Positions 12,677 through 22,163 of a DNA stretch of 64,000 nucleotides are shown one piece after another. Location: positions 496,001 through 560,000 of the forward strand of contig CP120454.1 in the NCBI GenBank assembly GCA_034226945.1, written 5' to 3'. Made by a program: the position numbers and the translations under genes. The notes under the pieces were generated by a model. It was given only the letters and a program-made list of their open reading frames with translations, was not told where the DNA came from and did not search any database. Each line of letters opens with the position of its first letter. The stretch's first letter is position 1. The stretch comes from Picochlorum sp. SENEW3. Its lineage: Eukaryota.

Positions 12677-13578
12677 ATGAACGGGAAAAATCTGCTGCTC
12701 GCCGCAGCCATCATTGGTACTGGTACGCTCCTCAAATATTACAATTTTAAATTTTTTGGTGAATGGAGGCCTTGAAGGGATGATTCGGGGCATGTTGTTG
12801 ATGTTTCAGTCTCGGTGTTTTCAAAGTTCTCAACGACTCCAGGTGTCGTTGACTTTGTATCTGGGTAGCATTATGCATCGTGTGCAACGCTAAATAATTT
12901 ATATTATTTTTTTGATTTTTTGCAGTGCGCCATGTACGACCAGTGCGCCGAATGAGGAATCTCATCTCCTCGATCCATGGCCGACATGTCACGACATTGC
13001 AGGTTGACAAGTTGCCAATGGACATCGAAAGGGTGCTCGCATCTGATGATGACGATGATTTTGACATTATAATGACTGATTTTGTCAGTATTGCCAAAAA
13101 GGCGGCGTTGGTACCCCCCAAAAAGTCGTGCCTGAAAAAGACTGGTGCTCCCTCTCGAAACGTCAGCGTGACCTTTGAGGGACAGAAGAAGGCTTGGGTG
13201 CCCAAGTCGCTTATGAGGAAAAAGGCTGAAGCCAAACAAAAGGCTTTGGAAGCGGCTAAGAAAGAGGCTGAGTTACCTTCGACTCCAGCCGTGTTGAAAA
13301 GAGGCAAGGAAGAAGCTCCATGCAGTATCAGTATGGATTCCTCAGGGGATGTACCGTCTCCGTTTGGGGAAAGTATCACGTCTGGTCAGAGTCCACCCAA
13401 ACCTGTACCTGCAACGAAACGAGTCCAAATTCTCGTGAGAGCATCATCAATTGACTCTGCAGAGTCTATTAGCCCAAAGATTGACGACTGCGCAGAAAAA
13501 ACGTGCGAGTCCCCTGCAGGCGGTGATTCCTCTTTCCAACCAGGGTACGAGACTCTCACCTGCACGTCTCTCCACTGA
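12677..13578 (+). CDS. Hypothetical protein with N-terminal hydrophobic segment; probably two exons
   Basis: MNGKNLLLAAAIIGTGTLLKYY exon with a GTGAAT donor, TTTTTGCAG acceptor at ~12925, then a K/S/P-rich ORF. Confidence 0.55.
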
Positions 13579-13585
13579 AAACGAC

Positions 13586-13906
13586 ATGCCAGTACTCACG
13601 GTCTCAAATTCATACCAATTGGAGAGAAATACTCTTATACAAGTTTTGAAGAGCATGGGAATCTTTGAGTATGTTTCACACATGCTCTCTCCTGGATACA
13701 AGAGTACCATGTCACAGACAAACATGAGGACGCATCTTGACCGCAGTCCTGCCGACAACTATGTCGATTTCTCTCAGTATGTCACATCTGAAGACGATAC
13801 AAAGTATGCAGTTGATAAAATTGTTGAGTATGATTTTGCAGGCCAACTGTGTGGACTTGAAGACAATGTTGAGAATCTGAAAGATTACACGTTAAACATT
13901 GTCTGA
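13586..13906 (+). CDS. Small hypothetical protein (106 aa)
   Basis: MPVLTVSNSYQLERNTLIQ...DYTLNIV; protein-like composition; starts 7 nt after the upstream stop. Confidence 0.45.
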   Translation: MPVLTVSNSYQLERNTLIQVLKSMGIFEYVSHMLSPGYKSTMSQTNMRTHLDRSPADNYVDFSQYVTSEDDTKYAVDKIVEYDFAGQLCGLEDNVENLKDYTLNIV

Positions 13907-14008
13907 CACACCATTCCACAACAACCTTGATGTACTCTTTTTTTTTTTTCTTCCTCCTTTCCATAAAATATTTACATCTTGAAACAAAGTATGTAAAGAA
14001 AAAACCCA

Positions 14009-14624
14009 TCACCTCTTCCCACCTTTTCCATGGCTCATAGATGCCACAGCGATGGCACCCACCACCCCCAGAATGGCAGCCCCGGCACCAATCCCAATCA
14101 AACCCTCCTTGACCAGTTCATTTTCAACATGCTCTAACAACGACTCTGCCTGTCTAAAATCTGGGTTTACTTTCAGAAGACCCTGCAATGTCTCTCGAGC
14201 ACGCAGGTATTCCTTCTTCCTATACTCCCCCACAGCTTTCAGATACAACAACTCCCTCCTGCTCACCATCTCACTTGTCGACTCTGGATGCGATAAAAGA
14301 GCTTGAACGAAATCTAATCCCATATCGATGTCTCTACCTTTGGCACGCGAATGGACCAATGCCCAGCAATAACTGCATTCGAACATAAAAAATCAATGTT
14401 GAGCAGACAGAGAACTAAAACTCCTGTACTTGAAGTTTCCCGTACTTGAAGCATGACTCCATCCCTGGGTCATTCGCAGCTAATGTTCTCTCTTCATATT
14501 CCTTTTTAAGTGCTCGAATATGCTCTTTGGCTGTAAATGGTATTCCTGCGGCATCCCTGTCCGGATCCTCTTGAGACTTGAAACCCGCAAATATATCACG
14601 AATTGGGATATTGAATAATGCCAT
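14009..14624 (-). CDS. FIS1: Mitochondrial fission protein Fis1
   Basis: YCWALVHSR, RRELLYLKAVGEYR, NPDFRQAESL, C-terminal TM GLIGIGAGAAILGVVG; one intron. Confidence 0.9.
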
Positions 14625-14671
14625 GATGTAACTTGTTTTACCCGTCACATGAAATATTTTAATTATTTTCC

Positions 14672-16446
14672 CTACTTGGATTTTCTCAAGGGTTTCTTCT
14701 TTTCAACCTTGCCCGGCTGATGGCCTCGCTCCTTCAAAAAGGAAGGCTTCCTCTTTTTCTTCTTGTCGTCCTTTGTCTCTTTTTCATCATCCTCTTCTGT
14801 CACACGATTTCTATTCCTATTTCTATTTCTCACCTTTTTCAATTTGAGCAACCAAGGGTCCACATCACCCCCTGCTGCTTTGATAATGTTTGCCACACTG
14901 CGGAGTTTGCTCACATCATCTTCAGTAAAAAAGGTAATGGCTTTTCCATGACGCCCAGCCCTTCCTGTTCTACCCACTCGATGCACATAATCAATAGTTG
15001 AATTCGGAAAGTCCATGTTGATCACCGTCTCCACGCCAGCAAAATCCAACCCTCTGGCAACCAAATCTGTTGCAATCAAAACCCATGTGGTGCCCTGCCT
15101 AAACTTTTCCACCGCCTTCTCTCGAGCTGCTTGACTTTGAGAGGCATGCAGAGAGTCGACATGAACGCCTTCAAACATGAGTTCTCGATGCACCTCTTTT
15201 GCCCTCTCCTTGGTATTGACAAAGATCAAGACGGGTGGGCGCAATCCATCCGATATCAATTGCCGAATGGCAAGTAGCTTTCCATTCTCCCGCCCGACAA
15301 ACAGCAACTTCTGCTCCACCGAAGTCGCAGAAATATTACGTTCTCCTACAGTGATCCTCAGGGGATCTCTCAAGACAGACCGTGCCAAATTCTCCACCGT
15401 CTCTGGCAATGTGGCACTACATAAACATCTACAAATACCATCATTCGAGCATGCCGCCAAGCATGCATCTATTTGATCCGCGAAACCCATTTCAAAGAGC
15501 TTATCAGCTTCATCCAACACGAGCGTTCCTACATTATCCAATTGAATCTTTCCCTCTTTTGCCATAGACTCCAACCGCAAAGGATTTGCCAGCAATATAT
15601 CCACTTTTGAGAAATCCGTTCCCGCTGCCGTCGCCTTTGACAACACACTACATCGAAGTTTCAAACCGGGGAGTAACGGCATCAGAACCCGCCCAGTCTG
15701 CATACTCAATTCCTTTGTTGGCGAGATCACCACAGCCCGAATTCCCTCCACCTCTGGATTCTCATACCGCTGCTTCTTTACCCTCATAATCAGAGGGATC
15801 AGAAACGCCAACGTCTTACCACTACCCGTCGGAGCAACAACCATGAGCTCACGCCCCTCACAGAGTGCCGGTATTGCCTGCTTTTGAACTGCTGTGGGAG
15901 TCTCAAACCCACCCAGTCTCAGATTTGCCATCAACCGTGCATTCGGCCCCGAATCCTCCAGCTCATCAAACCCTGTAATTGGTGCAGGTGGAGCCGAACC
16001 AGACACTTTGATTCTGTTTCTCTTACGCAGTACATTGGCTCTCTCGAAGGGATCCTTGGTCTGAATATCATCCCCTTCTCGAGGAGCACCTTGTTGTTTT
16101 TCTTCGTCCTCTACTTCTTCAACATCCTCTTCTTCTTCCTCGTCTTCTATATGATCTGAATAGAACACATGAATAATATATTTATTTGGTAATACGACAA
16201 GAATGCATACAGAAAGCACAGCGAGAACCATTGAATCTTTTGGCGCCATGCCATGCATTGTTCCACACACATACCCTCTTTCTCAGCTTCAATGCCCCGC
16301 TTCTTCGTCTCTTCCAAAGCTTTTTCAAATATACTAATATCCTGACAAAATGATTGCCTATCAAATCGAATACCAAGCGTCAGAGTGTCAAACACACTCG
16401 TCGAATGGGAATGCGTCTCCATATCTCTTCGAGAGAGTACTCCCAT
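14672..16446 (-). CDS. DEAD-box RNA helicase ROK1/DDX52-like; multi-exon
   Basis: APTGSGKT, PTKEL, DEAD, SAT, PPVLIFV, HRVGRTGRAG; N-terminal LTLGIRFD exon. Confidence 0.9.
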
Positions 16447-17561
16447 TCACAATTACGCCTTCTCGAATATAGAGGGCTACTTAATAACTTTTTATCATCA
16501 ATTGTATCTTACATGGCTGGGTGCAACTCGAATGTCATGTATCCCATCATCATGATGGTTGTCAAGATGCTTGCTCATGGGCCATGGGCCCGGCCCCAAT
16601 TAATTGGGTTGGATCCATCCACTGTCCAGACAGTAGTCACTGCATGCAGTGATTCACAGGTCGTTGACCCGACAGACCTTGTGAAGGGATTGGCATGAAA
16701 GCATACTACCACACAAGTGGGCCAGTAGTTAGGATGATGATGGTGGATGATTTGCTCTACAGATTTCAAGCATATACCCTGTAAGAGCGTGCACTGAACG
16801 TCCTGAGACTAATGGTTAGGTTCGGTCGGCTGACGGTCCACACCGTAGTAGAGACTGCACTATGTTGGTATCCTGGTAACACAGGCCTTGATTATAATGT
16901 GTTACACGATGGTTTATGTAGTAGAATGGTAAATAATCTTATGAGTCCTCGAGTATAGACTCTGGTTCATGGTTATATTGTGTAATCTTCTTGGTAGCTT
17001 GATTCCTTAATAAGAGAGTGCCTTGAGGCATCATCTGTGCTGTTACATACCCACATACTAGTTGTATGATACTACTGGTATGATACCAGGCGAAGTAGGT
17101 CGCCTGGCGAAAAATCTATAAATTCATACATCAACCAAAATGTTGTTTTCAACCAGATGCTGTACACACTTTTAACAAAGAAAGTTTGAAGGAGTAAAGG
17201 TGAATTTTCAAACTTCGGCTTCGAGAAGCTTCTCGGCCATATATGGTTGCTTTCGAATAAGCGTTTCGAAATGCAGGCTGCGGCGTCTCGGAAGAGGAGG
17301 CGTCTTTGTTTTCGCTTGTGGAGCCTCAGCACGTGATCGAGTGGCTCGATAGCATATAATTTGTTGGTTTGATTTGTAACATCTCATTACGAGAGTGATT
17401 ATCATTGTTTGAACGGCTATAACACGTGAGTGTGATGTGTAACACTTTTGGAACTTTTGGAATCGCTGTGCCAGAATCTCAGAATAAAAGGCTGAGGCCG
17501 ATGGTCAGCACTCCATATGAAAATAGAAGTGTATCAGTGAAAAAAATATCTGTTTAGCCTC

Positions 17562-19100
17562 TTGCAGCCACACGACCACGCGACAAACTTGGAACAGCCA
17601 CGCAACCACGCGACAAACATGGAACAGACACGCGACCACGCGACAAACGTGGAACAGGCACAGAGCGAATTCATCAATCATCTTGATCACGTGGCCCATT
17701 CAAAGTTCAAAAAACTGCTCATGACAGTTGGTGATGTAACTACTGGTATGGTCCCATCTCAAGTTGAATTCAGTTCATTTTTGGACAAGTGTAGGGAAAC
17801 ATATTTTCCATTATTATTGGACACAATTGGTAAAAATGTGGATGAACATCTCACCATATGGTGTCTACAACAATCAATGGATGAGGATGAAGACAAGTGT
17901 CGTCATTTGCTCTTTTGTGCTGTGGGACTCGACAGACCAGACATTATACAGGTCGTCATGAAATACTTTTTGGATCGGAATGTGTGTGCTACATATGACA
18001 CAATCTCCAGGGTCATCACTGATGCCATCCACCTTGCTGCCATGAGGGGAGATGTCACCATGGTGGGGTTGCTTGCTAACTACATCAAGTACGATCCCAA
18101 AAGAGGGACATGTTTGAAGCCTCGTTATTTTCACATTCATGAGACATACAAACATGAGGAACATGATTGTATGGGACCGATTCAGACTGCCGCGTACTAT
18201 GGGCATGTTGGAGTCATCAACCTGTTGGTGGAGCGTGGATGGGTGATTGACCGTTTGCAAGAGGAGAACAATTTATGTATACGCCATTACGCGTCCTCTT
18301 TCCAAAGTATGGTCGAGCATTATCCGTTGCACATTGCTGTGTTGGGAGAGCAATACGATGTTGTCCAATACTTGGTGGAGCAGCATGGATTATCTTTCGA
18401 GAGACTTGACGATTGCAATGCGACGGTACTCTACTACGTCAGGAGCCAGGGCATGTTGAAGTTTTTGAATGAAAAATACAACATAGTGTCTGACTTCTAT
18501 CAATTACACTATCGCTCTCATCTTGGTAGTCCTCTCGCCTGTATAGATGACCCCAACTTGTTCGAAGCAATGATCACAGCCGGTATTGATTTGGAAGACC
18601 ATTTGGACCTATACGGTGGGACAGTGCTATTTGATGAGAACAAGTTGGCTTCCGCCGATATTGTGAGATATATTCTGCGCCACGGGATCGACCTGGATGC
18701 GAAAGACAATGATGGTGACACAGTTTTGCACGTCGCTGCCCAGTACAAGATCCCATTTGAGGTCATGGAACTATTGGTGGATCATGGTGCACCTATCGAT
18801 GTATTGAACAATAAACAACAGACGCCGTACAATGTTGCATGCTCAGTGAATGCCAATGTTCGTGTCAGAGAATTATTGAGGATCGAACAATCACATCCCG
18901 TGAATCATAAATGTGAAGATGTTCCAGCAACAGAGGAGAGTGGACGCTGTATCATCTGCCAGGAGAATATCGCAAGGATTTCCTTCGTCGGGTGTGGACA
19001 TGTCGCCTGTTATTATTGCTACAGTGAAATTTGGTACAGGTCCCATGAGTGCCATGTCTGTCGCAGACCACTGGACAAGGTTATCAGAATCTTCCTTTGA
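17562..19100 (+). CDS. Ankyrin-repeat plus C-terminal RING (C3HC4-type) protein; start uncertain
   Basis: AIHLAAMRGD, PIQTAAYYGH, PLHIAVLGEQ, DGDTVLHVAA; RING CIICQE...GCGHVACYYC...CHVCRRP. Confidence 0.85.
   Translation: MQPHDHATNLEQPRNHATNMEQTRDHATNVEQAQSEFINHLDHVAHSKFKKLLMTVGDVTTGMVPSQVEFSSFLDKCRETYFPLLLDTIGKNVDEHLTIWCLQQSMDEDEDKCRHLLFCAVGLDRPDIIQVVMKYFLDRNVCATYDTISRVITDAIHLAAMRGDVTMVGLLANYIKYDPKRGTCLKPRYFHIHETYKHEEHDCMGPIQTAAYYGHVGVINLLVERGWVIDRLQEENNLCIRHYASSFQSMVEHYPLHIAVLGEQYDVVQYLVEQHGLSFERLDDCNATVLYYVRSQGMLKFLNEKYNIVSDFYQLHYRSHLGSPLACIDDPNLFEAMITAGIDLEDHLDLYGGTVLFDENKLASADIVRYILRHGIDLDAKDNDGDTVLHVAAQYKIPFEVMELLVDHGAPIDVLNNKQQTPYNVACSVNANVRVRELLRIEQSHPVNHKCEDVPATEESGRCIICQENIARISFVGCGHVACYYCYSEIWYRSHECHVCRRPLDKVIRIFL
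17571..17660 (+). repeat. 30-bp tandem repeat, about 3 copies, coding
   Basis: Unit core ACCACGCGACAAAC(T/A/G)TGGAACAG, encoding HDHATNLEQP / RNHATNMEQT / RDHATNVEQA. Confidence 0.85.
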
Positions 19101-19213
19101 TCTTTTTCTTGGTTGATGTTTGAACCTCTTGTTTGACAACAACTTGTAAACAAGAGTCTTTTGTTTTTGTATTACATTGTAACCGGACCGGTTAAACCGG
19201 AAAATATAAAATT

Positions 19214-19509
19214 TTAATTACCGGCAAATGCCAAGCCACCAAGTCCATTGGCCACTTTGAACAGATTGAATGAGGTTGCAAAGACCATGATTTTCCCTGC
19301 TTGGTACCAGGCCTGAGTTTAGCCACAATGTGTGAGGTCTGGATGCGACTGTAATTGCACGTTCCTGATCCGCTTGGCGATTCCGGGAATAGGGCAAAAC
19401 TGGAATCCCCATTGTACGAATCCAATGGCACATACACAAAGAGCAACTCTTTGACTGGCCGTGAGAAGTCGATGGGGATCTTTTTTACGGTGCTTTCACC
19501 CTCAGACAC
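19214..19509 (-). pseudogene. NCLDV double-jelly-roll major capsid protein, C-terminal fragment (internally deleted, frameshifted)
   Basis: IPIDFSRPVKELLFV, SFALFPESPSGSGTCNYSRI and, after a frameshift, KIMVFATSFNLFKVANGLGGLAFAGN* match in order the MCP motifs LNFNHPVKEL, SFALxPExxQPSGTxNFSRI and IFAxNYNxLRIxxGMGGLAF. Confidence 0.85.
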
Positions 19510-19592
19510 TATGCAATAATTGTGAATGCATATTCCAAATCAGATTAGCATTTGAAAATACCGGTATTTTACCCGCGCAACAGGCTGACGAC

Positions 19593-20503
19593 ATGGACGT
19601 GTCAAAAAGCTCAATGCAGGAGATGGGGCTTCTCCCTCTTTAGTGAAACGAATTTCTGAAGCAGATATTGATAAAGATGGCACCTTGAGCATTCATGAGG
19701 TATTCCAGTTGGTTCGTAGCGAACAACGAGCCCAGGCTGACCGCAAGCTATTTCGCAACTTTTTGATTGCCCTGATCGTGGCCAACCTTATTCTTGTCGC
19801 TGTCGTCGTAGGATCAATGTTTGCTATTGTGAAATTGACGAATGAATTGGACGATGATGGAGGGGTGCTCGTGAGCACCAACACTGGAGACGTCATTGGC
19901 ACTGGTGTGGCAACGGACCTCGTTGATTTGTCACGCATGTTCAACGACTCGAGTCTAGCTGAGCAACTCAATCAGGTCATTGTGATGGAAGAGGAAAATT
20001 TTGCGGTGCATCGGGTCGGAAGCATCCGGGCATTTCCTGAGAAGGAGGCAGTTGTAATTGTGAGTCAAGATGGCAGCCTCATTCAGGTGGACACGTATGG
20101 AAGCTGGTATTTAGATGACACCATCGGGAAGCACCTGGCCAGTAACGCATCAAGTCGGATCAGTGATGCAGGCAGGCGCCTTCAATCTACTACATGCGAG
20201 TCCATTGTTAAAGATGTCTCCTGTACTCCAATGGGAGAGGTGACATTTGGCACACAATCAATATCACATCCCTCTAGTTGTGTGTCTGCCATCCCCCAGT
20301 GTGCAAAGTGCGAATCGCGTGACTGTCGTGGCTTTGATTTGCGTCGAAGAGGTATATATGTGTGGGCTGAAGATGCAGATTACAGGCAATGCGTGGAAGA
20401 GAAGTGTAACAAAATTCTTGGCTGTGGGTATACAGTTCAGTACCCTCCACTTTTGCCACCTGTCGTGTCATGGCATCCTCATCCGCCCAACTGCAGGGGT
20501 TGA
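19593..20503 (+). CDS. EF-hand plus transmembrane protein with Cys-rich C-terminus; 5' end lacks an in-frame ATG (possible pseudogene)
   Basis: DIDKDGTLSIHE EF loop, TM FLIALIVANLILVAVVVGSMFAIV, GRRLQ motif, Cys-rich tail; ATG 19593 is in a different frame. Confidence 0.6.
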
Positions 20504-21088
20504 TTGAGGACTCTAGTTCTTTTCTTTTTTCACTCTCTGATCTGTACTTTGCTGAGTAATGTTCCCCATCACCTATACCTAGCCTTGCCAGAAAACCTGT
20601 TATTTGCCTGGACGTGTTACTGGGAATGACAAGAAAACATCTCTGATGTGATTGAGGCTGCTTGAAATATAGACGCATTCACCACGCTCTGGTAGTGAAA
20701 TCATTTTTATTACCCACCATGATGCTGACACATATGTCTCTCATATATCCATACATGTGATGTGCGTGTGTGACACATGTAGACATGGCTGGGGGTGATC
20801 ACCCATCATCATTCCACATATGAGACTTGTTCACACACAGATCTGTGAGCGACCTACAGCGAGATGACCCTTCATATCGCCTGCCAATAGCCCTATTTCT
20901 ATTATTCTAAACAATTATCTCTAATACATTCTGATGTATAGCTTGTGATCAAATATATTTTCGTCAGTCAGTCGCCAGACAAGTATTATTTCAGCCTTTC
21001 AAAAGGAGAGAGTCGAGCATTAGACACTGCAGTTTGCCTGTAGCACAAAAGTATTATATAAATTTCATATAGCATAGAGATTCGCGTC

Positions 21089-21956
21089 ATGAGTGCAATC
21101 CGCTGTGGTCTTGTTCAACCACATTGTATGTTGAATTCTGGGTACAAGAAGACACAGCACCACTCCAGACCATGGCAGACGACCCATGGATGTACATATA
21201 ATTACAGAATGATGCATCATCCGTCACTTGATACTCCCATGGGGAGTGGGCAGAGCCGTATGGCAGTATGCCATGGCTTCTTTTTAAACAACTTATTTGG
21301 TGGAAGGTACGTTATTATTATTATCTTCTTCTTCTTCAGTATCATAGTAATAAAGGTAATAAATACATGATTGTTGAACGTGATGGATTTGCAGTGATCC
21401 ATCCAGCAGCAGCAATAGTAGTGAAAGTCTTGGGCCAGACCCAGACCCAGTGCGGGATTGGTCACAGGAGGATATCGATCAGGTCGTGATCATGACCTGG
21501 AAAGTTTCCAATAGTGATATAGAATACGATATAGTGTATAGAAATGGTGGCCTTGTGGATGCTGCTGCCGTGGAAGCATTATGTGAGAAAGTGAACTGGC
21601 CCAAAAGGCCTCAACACAAGGTGGATGCCGCCCTTAAGAATAGCTTTTTGGTCTCATCAATTACATTAGAAAAACCGGGATGTCTTCCTGAAGAAAGGAG
21701 GTTGATCGGAACAGCTCGATGCACGTCTGATGGTGCTTTTAATGCGACAATATGGGATGTCATGGTGGACCCTGAATTTCAGGGGCAAGGCCTTGGAAAG
21801 GCCTTGCTGGAACTCATGGTGAGGACATTATTGAGAAGAGAAATCAGCAACATAACCTTGTTTGCGGATGCACAAGTTGTCGATTTTTACAAGCGCATGG
21901 GATTTGATGTGGATCCTGAAGGTATCAAGGGCATGTTCTTCAGATTCGGTTATTGA
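21089..21956 (+). CDS. Plastid GNAT acetyltransferase (NSI/SNAT-like); two exons
   Basis: LCEKVNWPKRP, ARCTSDGAFNATIWDVMVDPEFQGQGLGKAL, ITLFADAQVVDFYKRMGF. Confidence 0.9.
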
Positions 21957-22163
21957 GCGAGATACTGCCTGATCTGCGTTGATTACATTTTCATTTTCAT
22001 TATTATTTCTTCTGTGAATACATACATAAACCTTTTTCGAGTCGTCGTGGGAATTCCGCCAATTGGCTGGTATAGAATAGTGATGATCTGATATTTCAGA
22101 GACATTTCGGTAGCATCTGAAGGTTTAGCATTGAAATACAGAATGCCAATCATTAAAAGGAAT

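Noticed and set aside
16730..16810. Box C/D snoRNA (ATGATGA..CTGA)
   Set aside because: No recognisable antisense element; these motifs are short and common in this genome
17571..17660. 30-bp repeats as a CRISPR-like array
   Set aside because: No spacers; in-frame coding tandem repeat in a eukaryote
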